A program made the position numbers and the translations under genes. From Nitrosopumilaceae archaeon (lineage in GTDB: Archaea; Thermoproteota; Nitrososphaeria; Nitrososphaerales; Nitrosopumilaceae): DNA of 31,017 nt. The DNA is taken from contig JBQTHX010000007.1 of assembly GCA_052389415.1 (NCBI GenBank), positions 1 through 31,017 of the forward strand, in the 5' to 3' direction. The notes beneath the pieces were generated by a model, which was given only the letters and a program-made list of their open reading frames with translations, searched no databases and was not told the DNA's origin. Below are positions 1 through 9,680 of the stretch, piece by piece. Positions within the stretch are counted from its first letter, which is position 1, and each line of letters opens with the position of its first letter.

Positions 1-41
1 TATTAGAAATACTTTTTACATCCACATTTTGCCTAGCTTGT

Positions 42-554
42 GTGAATCTCAAAGAAAAAATTGCAGAATATCCTGATTTTCCAACAAAAGGAATTTTGTT
101 TAGAGATATCAGTCCACTTTTAAAAGATCCTGATGCAATTTCTTTTATTGCAGACGAATTTGCTAGACGATACAAATCAAGCGACGTAGATATGCTCGCA
201 GGAATAGAATCCAGAGGATTTCCACTTGCTTGTGCTTTGGCGTTGAAATACAAAAAGGGCATGATAATGATACGTAAGCAGGGAAAACTTCCTGGAAAGA
301 CAGAAAAATTGTCATATAGCATAGAGTATGGTAATGCCACAATGGAGATTCAAAGTAATGCCATACAAAAAGATCAGAAAGTACTCATTTGTGATGATTT
401 GTTGGCAACTGGTGGAACGGCAAAAGCTGCCGCAGATCTTGTTGAGAAAATTGGCGGCAAGGTTACTGGTTTTGCATTCATTGTAGAATTGTCTGATCTA
501 AAAGGTTCTGAATTAATTAAGAACCATAGATACGAATCTTTGGTGCGATATTAA
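42..554 (+). CDS. apt: adenine phosphoribosyltransferase
   Basis: [13 protein letters not shown] N-terminus, GIESRGF, RKxGKLPG and PRPP-binding loop [13 protein letters not shown]; GTG start. Confidence 0.96.
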   Translation: MNLKEKIAEYPDFPTKGILFRDISPLLKDPDAISFIADEFARRYKSSDVDMLAGIESRGFPLACALALKYKKGMIMIRKQGKLPGKTEKLSYSIEYGNATMEIQSNAIQKDQKVLICDDLLATGGTAKAAADLVEKIGGKVTGFAFIVELSDLKGSELIKNHRYESLVRY

Positions 555-1345
555 TGGAACAAGCTGAAATAGGTATCTTTGGTGGAACAGGAATATACGA
601 TTCCGGTTTACTCAAGGAAGCCAAAGAGATTACTATAGATACACCATTTGGAAAAACATCCGATTCCATAACGGTTGGAGTTTTTAAAGGAAGAAATGTT
701 GCATTTATGCCAAGACATGGCAAAAAACACTCGATACCTCCTCATATGATCAATTTTAGAGCAAACATTTGGGCTTTCAAAGAAATGGGTATTAAAAGAA
801 TAATCGCACCATCCGCAGTTGGAAGTTTACAAGAAAAATTCGAACCGGGAGACATTGCTTTGCCATCACAGTTTGTTGATTTTACTAAATCAAGAAAAAC
901 ATCTTTTTTCGAAGGAGAAAAAGTGATTCATATCTCAGTGGCAGATCCTTTTTGCCCAGAACTTCAAGATGCTGTGATGAAGGTTACTGATAATTTACAT
1001 TTAAAAATACACAAGGATTGTACCTATGTTTGCATAGAAGGTCCGAGATTTTCAACTAGGGCAGAATCAAAATTCTACAAAAATGTATTAGGTGCTGACA
1101 TAATAGGCATGACCCTAATTCCAGAGTGCCAGCTTGCAAGGGAAGCACAGATTTGTTACGTCTCTATTTCAACTGTTACAGATTATGACGTTTGGGCTGA
1201 AAAACCAGTAACTGCAAAAGAGGTCATTGAAACCTTGACAAAAAATGTAGAAACTACAAAAAAGATCCTCGCATCACTGTTGGATTTTATTCCTACAGGA
1301 CGAAAATGCTCGTGTGAAAAAGCGTTAACAGAAGCCCAGTTCTAG
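554..1345 (+). CDS. mtnP: S-methyl-5'-thioadenosine phosphorylase (PNP/MTAP family)
   Basis: [42 protein letters not shown] motifs; coupled to apt through TAATG overlap. Confidence 0.94.
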   Translation: MEQAEIGIFGGTGIYDSGLLKEAKEITIDTPFGKTSDSITVGVFKGRNVAFMPRHGKKHSIPPHMINFRANIWAFKEMGIKRIIAPSAVGSLQEKFEPGDIALPSQFVDFTKSRKTSFFEGEKVIHISVADPFCPELQDAVMKVTDNLHLKIHKDCTYVCIEGPRFSTRAESKFYKNVLGADIIGMTLIPECQLAREAQICYVSISTVTDYDVWAEKPVTAKEVIETLTKNVETTKKILASLLDFIPTGRKCSCEKALTEAQF

Positions 1346-1626
1346 CTGTCAGCAAAGGATTCTTTTGATATTCCTTCGGGAATTGTAATTTCGCCGTGCA
1401 CCAGTTTTTTCTGTAAGGTGTTGATCACTTCGTCAGCATCATACCCGAGTTTAACAAGCTCTTTTTGTACAGATTTTGAGATCTTTGCTCCAATATTATG
1501 ACCTCCTATTCTACCAAATGCGATAGCATTGAATCTAAAATTATGTCCGTCAATTACAAAAACTCCTGTAATCTTTGCGGCTATTTGGCTTCCATGTACA
1601 TTTTTGACATGAACTTGCAGATCCAT
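1342..1626 (-). CDS. hypothetical protein (94 aa)
   Basis: Protein-like ORF ([13 protein letters not shown]) filling the gap, co-oriented with neighbouring minus-strand genes. Confidence 0.8.
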   Translation of the reverse strand: MDLQVHVKNVHGSQIAAKITGVFVIDGHNFRFNAIAFGRIGGHNIGAKISKSVQKELVKLGYDADEVINTLQKKLVHGEITIPEGISKESFADS

Positions 1627-1632
1627 AAGAAA

Positions 1633-2028
1633 CTAGATTTCCACTACTTTATTTACAAAATTTTCTATAAGAAAGTTCCAGTGTTTTTCGTCCTGCACCT
1701 TAAAATCATTTATTTTTAGTTTGATAACTTTTTCATCTACACATTCATGTTGTATTTCATCATCTTTTTTAATTTTGTAAAGTTTCCACATCTCTTTGTG
1801 TTTTTTCAAATTACATACAATGACAGACCATTTTTGATCCTGGCTAATTTTTGGCATACCGACTTCATCAACAAGTGTGTCGATTCCAAGTTGTTTTTCT
1901 TCACAGAAATGCACCTTGCATTTTACGCACCGCCATATATCTACGGAGCCAATAGTTCTTTTTTCATAATTAATGTTAGTGACTCCAAAGTACACTATTT
2001 GATGTTCGCATGAATTTGGCTCTACCAT
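1633..2028 (-). CDS. hypothetical Cys/His-containing protein, possible Zn-binding
   Basis: 131-aa ORF with CEH, WRCVKC, HFC and HEC; 6 nt from the next gene. Confidence 0.75.
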   Translation of the reverse strand: MVEPNSCEHQIVYFGVTNINYEKRTIGSVDIWRCVKCKVHFCEEKQLGIDTLVDEVGMPKISQDQKWSVIVCNLKKHKEMWKLYKIKKDDEIQHECVDEKVIKLKINDFKVQDEKHWNFLIENFVNKVVEI

Positions 2029-2051
2029 AATAATTTACACCAAATCTAGTT

Positions 2052-2411
2052 CTATTTAGTTCTTGCATCATCATACGGTTTCTCCAAAATAATAGAGATG
2101 TTGTCTACAAGAAGATTTCTTTTAAAAACTATGTTTTTTCTTTGACACATTCTTCTGTACATATTTACAACAGCAAATCTTGGATGAGTTGACTCAAATT
2201 CTGTTTTTGTGATGTCTATAAATCCTCCAAGATCGATTAAATCTTTTGCAGTATCTAGTGCCTCCTTTGCAGTTATGGAAAGATTTTTTGAGATTTCTTC
2301 TGCAGTCATTTTTCCTTTTTTTATGATCAACACAAAGACTTTGGCCTGAAGAGGAGTGAGTCTAACTTCAGAAATGAGTTTTTCTTCTACATTTTCTAGA
2401 TTTACGCTCAT
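2052..2411 (-). CDS. TrmB-like winged-HTH transcriptional regulator
   Basis: LTPLQAKVFVLIIKKGKMTAEEISKNL...L.DLGG pattern typical of the TrmB N-terminal HTH. Confidence 0.75.
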   Translation of the reverse strand: MSVNLENVEEKLISEVRLTPLQAKVFVLIIKKGKMTAEEISKNLSITAKEALDTAKDLIDLGGFIDITKTEFESTHPRFAVVNMYRRMCQRKNIVFKRNLLVDNISIILEKPYDDARTK

Positions 2412-2459
2412 AACGCAAGAGAAATTCTTGTCATAATTAAAGGTGAAGTATAGAAATCA

Positions 2460-2705
2460 CTAGTATTTTTTGCCCAAAAATTTTTTTGCTATTTTTATAG
2501 CAAATCCCATAGCAATGAAATGTACGACTAGCCCCACAATAGCAGCTTCTATAAGATTTCCTAGAATGGTCCAAGTTAAGAAAAATCCCGCAAGAGAGGG
2601 TATGCTAATAATAAGAGCAATTATGCTTCCCTTTGCAAACAATTCCGTTTTTGAGGTCTTGTTTGGTAGATCATTAGTATCCAATTGTTGACTTGATACA
2701 AACAA
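2460..2705 (-). CDS. small membrane protein (2 TM)
   Basis: Two hydrophobic segments and a basic C-terminus; TTG start uncertain. Confidence 0.7.
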   Translation of the reverse strand: MFVSSQQLDTNDLPNKTSKTELFAKGSIIALIISIPSLAGFFLTWTILGNLIEAAIVGLVVHFIAMGFAIKIAKKFLGKKY

Positions 2706-2780
2706 GATTATAAAAATATGACATCATAAAAAATCAAAGATCCTTTATATTTGGTTCATTGGTTTTGATATCTGTTCAGG

Positions 2781-3242
2781 TTGGCAAGTTACAAAAAACG
2801 ATACTCCAATGATAAATCCCTTGATTTTATTATACCACTAATTGTGTTATTATTTCTTGGCGTGGTTTACATTACATCTTCAAGAGCTAACGAAGGTTAT
2901 GTTAGTTTCATTCTGATAGGGATCGCAGCATTTGTAATGATCTACTGGACCAGAGTCCTGAAAAATATGACCAAAAATTCACAGCCGCAATTTACTCCAA
3001 AAGAAAGCGAGTCCAAAAACTGGGTTTACGATCTCATCAAGGGAGAAAATGAGATAGTCTTTGTTTCTGAAGTACCTGGACCAGAAGACATGGTAAGTGT
3101 AAGACTAATTGATGGAATTTTGTATATAAGAGGATCTGGTAGATTCTCAAAAGAGGTTCCAATCGAGGTTACTCCGGACATGGGAATTCATGATTTCAAA
3201 TACAGAAACGGAGTACTTACTCTAAGAATAAAAAAATTATAG
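2781..3242 (+). CDS. Hsp20/alpha-crystallin-like domain protein with two N-terminal TM helices
   Basis: C-terminal ACD features (EVPGPED.V.V, LYIRG, F.KEVP, YRNGVLTLRIKK); hydrophobic stretches at about residues 16-32 and 41-56. Confidence 0.8.
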   Translation: MASYKKRYSNDKSLDFIIPLIVLLFLGVVYITSSRANEGYVSFILIGIAAFVMIYWTRVLKNMTKNSQPQFTPKESESKNWVYDLIKGENEIVFVSEVPGPEDMVSVRLIDGILYIRGSGRFSKEVPIEVTPDMGIHDFKYRNGVLTLRIKKL

Positions 3243-4343
3243 GCTCTTTGCTAGTTCTAGCTTTTCTGGCAAATATTTATCAGTGATATTTGTAAGGCCA
3301 TATTTTGAGAAGGCTTCAAGCTCGGCCTTTCTTTTTAGTTTAAGGAAAACTTCTAGCTGAGTTTTCCAGTTTCCTTCTTGATAACGAGGATCTTTTTGCA
3401 GTTCATAGATTCTTTTGATGTCTGATTCGGTCATAGGTATGGTTGGAAGTTTGTATTTTTCAATATCTGTTGCCCATACACCAAGCCACTTTGCATCAGG
3501 TACTGTAAGCTCACGCAGATGAGCCGCATTGGCTGAACCAGATTTTATGACCATTGCTATGTGTTCCCCATAAACGTCACCATCAGCAAGAATGACTACT
3601 GGCAACCCCAACTCGGAGCTGAGCCTTTTGAGTAGATATCGCGTAGAACGTGGGGCTTGGCCTGCAGTATCAACTATGATTGCCTTGAATTTTTTGTGAA
3701 CTTTTTCTTCAACGAATCTTGTGAAAAGTCCACCCTTCTCAATCGCAATTACAAGCTCGGCATCAGTGTCTACAAGTTCTGCACTGCTAAGACTAGGACC
3801 TATTAAATATCCATCAGGATGATCTGACAAATTCATCCTTTTCCCTTCATACCCTGGTACAGTGTATTCAATTGTCAGATTACCAAAAACGCTGCTTCTT
3901 TCTTCTGGAAATACGTGAAAGTCTTCTCTTGCACGTGTAAGTATTGCTTCAAGATCAACTATTATGTTATCAGATTCTGGTTGATCCTCGAAATCTATTG
4001 CAAATGCCTGCGATGAATAATAAATGTCTCTAAGTGTAGAAGTCTTTCCTTCATTTACTAGTCTATTTACAAAGAATGCTAACCATGCAAGTTGTGTAAA
4101 AGAACGAAGCTGTGACATGTTCCTGGCGCTCCTCACTGCAGCTGCTTTTCCTAGGATGTACTGTCGCAGTTTCTTGTCATAAACAATATTACTAACAGAC
4201 CTACTTGGAATGGAGAATTGTGGAAACCTTCCGTTATTTAGATCATTGTATACAATGATACCTTGATTCTTAAGAAGAGAAAGTAGTTCCTGTTTTTTTG
4301 CTTCCACAGTTTTTGCTTGTTTAGATTTGTTCTTCAATTTCAC
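3237..4343 (-). CDS. top6A: DNA topoisomerase VI subunit A
   Basis: TLRDIYY catalytic Tyr motif; TOPRIM AIEK...DGDVYG; KAELEA. Confidence 0.97.
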   Translation of the reverse strand: MKLKNKSKQAKTVEAKKQELLSLLKNQGIIVYNDLNNGRFPQFSIPSRSVSNIVYDKKLRQYILGKAAAVRSARNMSQLRSFTQLAWLAFFVNRLVNEGKTSTLRDIYYSSQAFAIDFEDQPESDNIIVDLEAILTRAREDFHVFPEERSSVFGNLTIEYTVPGYEGKRMNLSDHPDGYLIGPSLSSAELVDTDAELVIAIEKGGLFTRFVEEKVHKKFKAIIVDTAGQAPRSTRYLLKRLSSELGLPVVILADGDVYGEHIAMVIKSGSANAAHLRELTVPDAKWLGVWATDIEKYKLPTIPMTESDIKRIYELQKDPRYQEGNWKTQLEVFLKLKRKAELEAFSKYGLTNITDKYLPEKLELAKSL

Positions 4344-6162
4344 TTCCCTTAGAAATTAGCTGTTTATAATTTGGTTCTTTCTTATTTCCTGAAAGTTCTG
4401 TAGTAAATTGAGCAATAAGTGGAACATACTTTGAGTAAAGGTTTGCTCGTTTTTTTGCCATGTCAGCCATTCCCTGTCTAGACATGTGAACTGCTAGTTT
4501 TCTTGCCAAGAATTGTAATGCATTTTTTAGCTCACGTTCTATTTCTTGTCTATCTGCTACATTCTCTTTGCCGACAGTTTTGTAGGGAATTCTAGTAGAA
4601 CAGATATGAGACACTATTACAAGTGGTGGTTCACCTTTGATCTTGTATCTACTCCAATCCATTTCGTTTACCACTTTTAAGACTACGTCACTTCCTTCGT
4701 CGTAAAGCAGGGGAATTCTATTGGCAAAGCGATAAACTTGTAGTCCTTTGGGAGGAATATCCCCTCCATATGCAATCCCCATCTCTACAATAAAGGGAAA
4801 TCCAGAGTATGCTGATGCGCTTCTTTGTATAACAGAAGCAAATTCTGGGTTGAAAAATTTCATAATACCTTTTGATAGCGGTTCTTCTCCCAGGGGAGCA
4901 AGGCAACTAGGATCCGGAGAGAGAAATTCTTCAAACTTCTGCAAAGAGTCAGATAATTTAACAAGGTCTTCGTTTGTCATACTTCCGATCCTTTTTTCTG
5001 GTTTAAATTTGGCAAATTCTGCAAACTTGTCCGCGGTTGTAGGACCAACTCTTTGGAATCTTTTCGTTAGAAAAGTATGCAGAGTATCCCCTGCCACCGT
5101 GTTAGCTAGTTGCTTGTAATATTGAGATTCTGGATCGAGTTCTATGGAATATGATTGAGAGTCTCCAAAATTCCAGTATGTAAGTTTTTTATTTGGAATA
5201 TCTAGATCATCGATTCTTATCTTGCTTAGTCTTTCAAAATCCATATCAAGAAAAGACATCATTGCTACAACAATTCGTACAGGCCTTGACAGTCCAGACC
5301 ATTTCTTTTGTGCTTTTTCTAAAATCATTTTTGAATTAGGATTCTTTTTTTGTAATCCCAGTTCACTTCTGACTTTGGCTATCATCTTGTTGTCAACTAC
5401 TGGAATTTGGTAATGTGTATCAACCATCATTCTCCTAATTGTCTCAACATCAATTCCATGAGGATGCGGTTTTATGATGGTAGGCGGTGGTGGCATCTCT
5501 TTTACAATTCTTGGATAATGGAATTTCTCTCCGTTTGGATCTTCAAAGGTAATTGATGCATAAGGAGTGATTAGAGATGTCTGGGCCACATAGTCACGAA
5601 TTTTTGTTCCTGCTTTTGAATAATCTCCTTCCAAAATAATACTAACCGAAAGACCTGTCTTGGCTGCTTCTTTTGTTGTGTGTTTCTGTATTATGGGTTT
5701 ATTTTTCTGGATGTCAAGTAACATAACAAATTCGTCTTGCGTCTTCCCATCCGCGCAACTTTTTACCGTAACAGGTTTGTTAGTTGTAATTTGACCATAA
5801 AGTATTGCCATTGTTGCTCCTAGTCCAAACATTCCCCTTGCTTGTTTGAGTCCAAACTTTGAACCATACAGAACAGTTCCAAATGCCAGTGGCACATGTT
5901 TTGGTTCAATTCCAGGTCCATTGTCTTTTACTGAAAGAATGTATGATTTTGGGTCTGGTTGTTCTAAATCCACCGCTTTTATTGAAAGATGGACATCTGG
6001 GAGGATGCCTTTTTGATCGCACGCATCAAGAGCGTTTTCAACGAATTCACGAACAGAGGTATATAGCGATCTTGTAGGATTACTAAATCCCGCTAGATCA
6101 CGGTTTCGATAGAAGAACTCACTTGGTGATATCTGACTAAAAGTTTCTTTAATCGAAGACAT
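4321..6162 (-). CDS. top6B: DNA topoisomerase VI subunit B (613 aa, with internal insertion)
   Basis: GHKL motifs EFVENALDA, DNGPG, GSKF, RGMFGLG; RFANRIPLLYD; start re-placed at ATG 6162 (MSSIKETFSQISPSEFF) because the longer ORF overlaps the KH gene extensively. Confidence 0.96.
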   Translation of the reverse strand: MSSIKETFSQISPSEFFYRNRDLAGFSNPTRSLYTSVREFVENALDACDQKGILPDVHLSIKAVDLEQPDPKSYILSVKDNGPGIEPKHVPLAFGTVLYGSKFGLKQARGMFGLGATMAILYGQITTNKPVTVKSCADGKTQDEFVMLLDIQKNKPIIQKHTTKEAAKTGLSVSIILEGDYSKAGTKIRDYVAQTSLITPYASITFEDPNGEKFHYPRIVKEMPPPPTIIKPHPHGIDVETIRRMMVDTHYQIPVVDNKMIAKVRSELGLQKKNPNSKMILEKAQKKWSGLSRPVRIVVAMMSFLDMDFERLSKIRIDDLDIPNKKLTYWNFGDSQSYSIELDPESQYYKQLANTVAGDTLHTFLTKRFQRVGPTTADKFAEFAKFKPEKRIGSMTNEDLVKLSDSLQKFEEFLSPDPSCLAPLGEEPLSKGIMKFFNPEFASVIQRSASAYSGFPFIVEMGIAYGGDIPPKGLQVYRFANRIPLLYDEGSDVVLKVVNEMDWSRYKIKGEPPLVIVSHICSTRIPYKTVGKENVADRQEIERELKNALQFLARKLAVHMSRQGMADMAKKRANLYSKYVPLIAQFTTELSGNKKEPNYKQLISKGSEIEEQI

Positions 6163-6721
6163 TTCCATTTTCCCATAGTTGCAATTTATCCTGTTTTTCC
6201 CTTCTTCTTGCTTCCTGCAAATCGTTATAGACAGCTCCGTGCATGCTACCTCTAGAAAGTGCAGATATTGCATCGACTGCATGTTTTAATTGACTACCCT
6301 CTCCAATTATTGATACAGTACGTCCATAAACCGAGATATTAGCACCGCTAAGCTCTTCTATGTTTTGTCTCACTCTACCACCTTCTCCAATTATTCTTCC
6401 TTTTATCCTTTCAATATTAGATGATGATTTTCCAGCGAATTCTCGCAAATCTATTACATGTAAGGCATTTTCACCTTGCAATAATCGCATTGCCTTTTCA
6501 GGAGAAAAGCCTCTTCCAATTGCCATCACAACTTCAACAGCTTTAAATGGCAACATATCTTCGATCTGTCCATTACCGCTTACCAGTATTTCCCCTGATT
6601 CGCTGTCAACTGTTATTTTTACAGAACATATTTTTTCTATCCTAGATTTTACTTTGCCTGTTTTACCAATAAGAACTCCAATCCGATCCAATGGAATGAG
6701 AACCGACTTGTCAAAACTCAA
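6149..6721 (-). CDS. KH-domain rRNA-processing protein (Dim2/Pno1/Krr1 family)
   Basis: IGVLIGKTG and KGRIIGEGG KH GxxG loops, AIGRGFSPEKA, G..HG.VY; usual position between rio1 and top6B. Confidence 0.92.
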   Translation of the reverse strand: MSFDKSVLIPLDRIGVLIGKTGKVKSRIEKICSVKITVDSESGEILVSGNGQIEDMLPFKAVEVVMAIGRGFSPEKAMRLLQGENALHVIDLREFAGKSSSNIERIKGRIIGEGGRVRQNIEELSGANISVYGRTVSIIGEGSQLKHAVDAISALSRGSMHGAVYNDLQEARRREKQDKLQLWENGNVFD

Positions 6722-7503
6722 TTTATTATCCTCGTTAATATATCAAATGGATTTTCCACTGTCAAACCTCTTTTAACAAAGAATCGTGATATATTCTTAA
6801 TATCTCTTTCAAGAAACTCTTTTGCATTTTTATGTTTTATATCTACTGCTGATCCTAGATCGAAAACAATTAGACCGTTTTCTGTTTTGAAAATATTGTA
6901 TTCTGAAAGATCGGCATGTACAAGTTTCGCTTTTTTATAAAGCTGACTGATGAGAAAAATTGCGTCGTTGTAGTCTTTTTCGTTAATTTCTGTTTCTATG
7001 AGAGTCTTGGCTGGTACTCCGTTCTTTCCTACAAATTCTAGTACCAAGATATTTTTAAGAATGTGTATTGGTTTGACAGAGGAAATACCATTCGCTACAC
7101 ACTGCGTCAGATTTCTGAATTCCTTTTGGGCCCAAAGTTCTACCATATTTCTTGTACCTTTTTTTATTCGAGAGAATCTTGGGTCGTCCACAAGGTATGG
7201 CCTTCGTTTTTTGAAGGTTGAGGCAGTAACTAGGTATATCTTAAGCGCAACGTCGTGTCCAGTGGGATCCACTGCCCAGTAAACCTTGGATTCTTTACCT
7301 GAACCAACAACTCCATTAACGTATGATATAACATTTGATTCTATTAGATTGGACAGAGCCATAATCGCAGTTTTATCTAAAACGTCATCGATAACCTTAT
7401 TTTTATCAAATATACTTTTTTCCGATCTTTCCTTTCTTTCTTTAGAAAGCAGATCACCATCAATACGCCTTGCTAATTTTTTTCCTAGTTCGTCTGACAA
7501 CAT
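6718..7503 (-). CDS. rio1: RIO1-family Ser/Thr kinase
   Basis: GSGKESKVY, VALKIY, WAQKEFRNL, HADLSEYNI, DLGSAV, FLERDIKNI. Confidence 0.94.
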   Translation of the reverse strand: MLSDELGKKLARRIDGDLLSKERKERSEKSIFDKNKVIDDVLDKTAIMALSNLIESNVISYVNGVVGSGKESKVYWAVDPTGHDVALKIYLVTASTFKKRRPYLVDDPRFSRIKKGTRNMVELWAQKEFRNLTQCVANGISSVKPIHILKNILVLEFVGKNGVPAKTLIETEINEKDYNDAIFLISQLYKKAKLVHADLSEYNIFKTENGLIVFDLGSAVDIKHKNAKEFLERDIKNISRFFVKRGLTVENPFDILTRIIN

Positions 7504-7543
7504 TTAAGATTTAAAATACTAGGTAAAATCGCTTGCGGGAAAA

Positions 7544-7855
7544 TCAAAAGTTCTTTGGGAGATGCCCATTCTCTTTTAACCAATCAACTTGCGATAATGT
7601 GTATCTCCAAGTAATATCTCCTCTATCATCTGATTTGAAATCCCAGGGAGCAAGAGTAACCACATCATTATCACGGATCCAAATTTTTCGTTTTAATTTT
7701 CCACGAATTCTGCCCATACGAGTTTTATCATCAGTGCATTTTACTAAAATGTGATCACTCCCCAAAAGTTTGATCACTCTACCAAGCAGCTCTCCCTCTC
7801 CTGGCAATTTCATTTCTTTTAGTTCACTTTCGTTTAGTACCTTTCGCTTTCCCAT
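7544..7855 (-). CDS. eif1A: translation initiation factor aIF-1A
   Basis: V.KLLG, RIRGKLKRKIWIR..DVV, PWDF, RGDI.WRY; ATG at 7855 preferred over TTG at 7864. Confidence 0.95.
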   Translation of the reverse strand: MGKRKVLNESELKEMKLPGEGELLGRVIKLLGSDHILVKCTDDKTRMGRIRGKLKRKIWIRDNDVVTLAPWDFKSDDRGDITWRYTLSQVDWLKENGHLPKNF

Positions 7856-7901
7856 GTTGCTCAAAAATTATTCCCGACTGAACACATATAATTGTGCTGT
7901 T

Positions 7902-8198
7902 TTAGAATTTGAAAACTAGAAGAAATGGAATTCCTTCTATTTCTTTAACTCCCTTTGTTGATCCGATTCCAAGATTTAATGATAATGAAATTGTTTCTTT
8001 TCCAACCAGATTAATGATAGCATATTTTTTTAAAAGTTCTTCAGCCTCAGACTGTTCGACAAAACGATCTGCAAAATAACTTTTACTTATGGTCATAGAA
8101 AAATCATCTTTTTTAATAGTTCTACCTACAAGTTTCGCATCACAAATATTTAACATAAGATTTTGTTGATAGTTTATTGTTTTAACAGCAAATGACAT
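7902..8198 (-). CDS. DUF424 family protein
   Basis: ICD..LVG, ISKSYF, IINLVG, I.GIP pattern; usual neighbour of aIF-2beta. Confidence 0.85.
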   Translation of the reverse strand: MSFAVKTINYQQNLMLNICDAKLVGRTIKKDDFSMTISKSYFADRFVEQSEAEELLKKYAIINLVGKETISLSLNLGIGSTKGVKEIEGIPFLLVFKF

Positions 8199-8618
8199 CT
8201 ACGCATACGTACCCTTGAGTGACGATTTTGCTCCACATGCCTCACAAACAAGAAAAGTAAATCTGTTGGATTTTTCTGCTCTCGTATCTGGACTCTTGCA
8301 AGCAGGGCATTCCAAGTATTCTTTTACATACCTATTTAGCAATGATGTGAAATCTTGTGGATCTCTCTTTCCTACAAAGACGGCTTTGTCACCTGCTAAT
8401 TGAGCGGGTGCGGCAAATTCTTTTGAAAGGTATTGTAAAACCTTGTCGGGATCTCTTCTTAGGATCTTTGGAAATTCAGCAAAGTTACGAAAGAAGGTTC
8501 TGTTTCCTTGCCACATAATATCAACGGCAGGAAGTTCAAATCTAGAGCCTGAACCCTTATTTTCCGAAATCTTATCTTGAATTTTCTTTAAGAGTTTCTC
8601 ATATTCTGAATTTACCAA
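8199..8618 (-). CDS. eif2b: translation initiation factor aIF-2 beta subunit
   Basis: RFELP, T.FRNF, L.RDP, YV.EY..CPACKSPDT...CEACGA zinc ribbon. Confidence 0.95.
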   Translation of the reverse strand: MVNSEYEKLLKKIQDKISENKGSGSRFELPAVDIMWQGNRTFFRNFAEFPKILRRDPDKVLQYLSKEFAAPAQLAGDKAVFVGKRDPQDFTSLLNRYVKEYLECPACKSPDTRAEKSNRFTFLVCEACGAKSSLKGTYA

Positions 8619-8682
8619 TATAAGGGAATTTCCTAATTGGCCCCTATATGGATTTTTAATTAAAAAAGAAGAAAGTGGTCCT

Positions 8683-8826
8683 CTAAGGCTTTCCTATTCG
8701 GAAGACGTTAGTGCCACACTTCGGGCAAGTGCCCTTTACTGCAGGTCGGCCGTTCTTTAGCTTAACTTCTTTTGGATTTGAAATATCGACTTTCTTCCTG
8801 CATTTTACACAGTATGCTTGTGTCAT
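8683..8826 (-). CDS. 47-aa basic zinc-ribbon microprotein (DUF5679-like); not in ORF track
   Basis: Hand translation: MTQAYCVKCRKKVDISNPKEVKLKNGRPAVKGTCPKCGTNVFRIGKP*; AYCVKC...NGR...G.CP.CGT pattern. Confidence 0.9.
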   Translation of the reverse strand: MTQAYCVKCRKKVDISNPKEVKLKNGRPAVKGTCPKCGTNVFRIGKP

Positions 8827-9081
8827 TTCATATTTTTACGAATGAAGTTGTATTTAGGAAGGAGATGTAAAAATTAATTCACTACACGCTGGAGCGATGT
8901 TAAATTTTATATTTTTTGATATGTTCAATTCATACATAAATTTTATAAAATATTATAGATTTTTGATATTTCTAATGAGTAAATGATCCAACTGATAGAA
9001 AATAGATGAATTGTGACCAGTATATACAAAATTGATTAGATTTCAGTATACTTTTAACCATCACAGGCGGATGGAGCTGAG

Positions 9082-9576
9082 TTGGCAAAAAAGCGAGGCA
9101 TTGTCCTTACAATAGCAATACTTGCAGCTATTACAGCAGCAAGTTTCACCATATGGTTCATTCCTCAAACCGAGGATTCTAGTTTTGTCATTTTGGATTT
9201 CGAATCCCATCTTAAGAGCATACAAGCACGACAAAAAATCATTGCTGAGGAAATTGAGACTGATTTTCAGGGAATGCAAGCTGGGACAGTTACTCCGGAT
9301 GATTTTATGATAAGAGCAAAAGCTTCAACCTCACAAATTAATGCATTGATAATAGAATTAGTAGAAAGCAAGGCTCCCACTGAGTGGCATGAGAGCTATC
9401 TAAACTTTGGAGAATCTCTAAAAAGTTACAACAACTACCTGTTGGAAACAATAGTAGTAGCAGATAAAATTAAGGAAGGCAAGACAGATGAGATTAAGGA
9501 AAACCTTGAGAGAATAGGTGCTTTAGAAAAGGAATCAGAATCCTTTGCTCTCAAATCAGATGAGACAAAACCATAA
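9082..9576 (+). CDS. membrane-anchored or secreted helical hypothetical protein
   Basis: Basic N-terminus and hydrophobic helix (MAKKRGIVLTIAILAAITAASFTIWF) followed by acidic amphipathic helices. Confidence 0.8.
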   Translation: MAKKRGIVLTIAILAAITAASFTIWFIPQTEDSSFVILDFESHLKSIQARQKIIAEEIETDFQGMQAGTVTPDDFMIRAKASTSQINALIIELVESKAPTEWHESYLNFGESLKSYNNYLLETIVVADKIKEGKTDEIKENLERIGALEKESESFALKSDETKP

Positions 9577-9680
9577 GATTACGACTGTTATTTGTAAGTC
9601 AAAATTATTGATGACAGTATTTCCAGTCTAGAACTTGGTAAATTAATTAAGGGATTATGCATATTTAATATCATTAAATA

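Noticed and set aside
5089-5424. Top6B insertion as an intein
   Set aside because: No N-terminal Cys/Ser block, no His-Asn followed by Cys/Ser/Thr, no LAGLIDADG motif
6163-6282. N-terminal 40-aa extension of the Top6B ORF
   Set aside because: Lies inside the KH gene; family similarity begins at MSSIKE (6162)
8827-9081. AT-rich 255-bp intergenic gap as origin or sRNA
   Set aside because: No ORB-like repeats, no cdc6, no convincing stem or box C/D pair; consistent with divergent promoters
9082-9170. Class III (pilin-type) signal peptide at KKRG/IVLT
   Set aside because: Imperfect match to the prepilin cleavage consensus and no pilus genes nearby; an ordinary anchor is more likely
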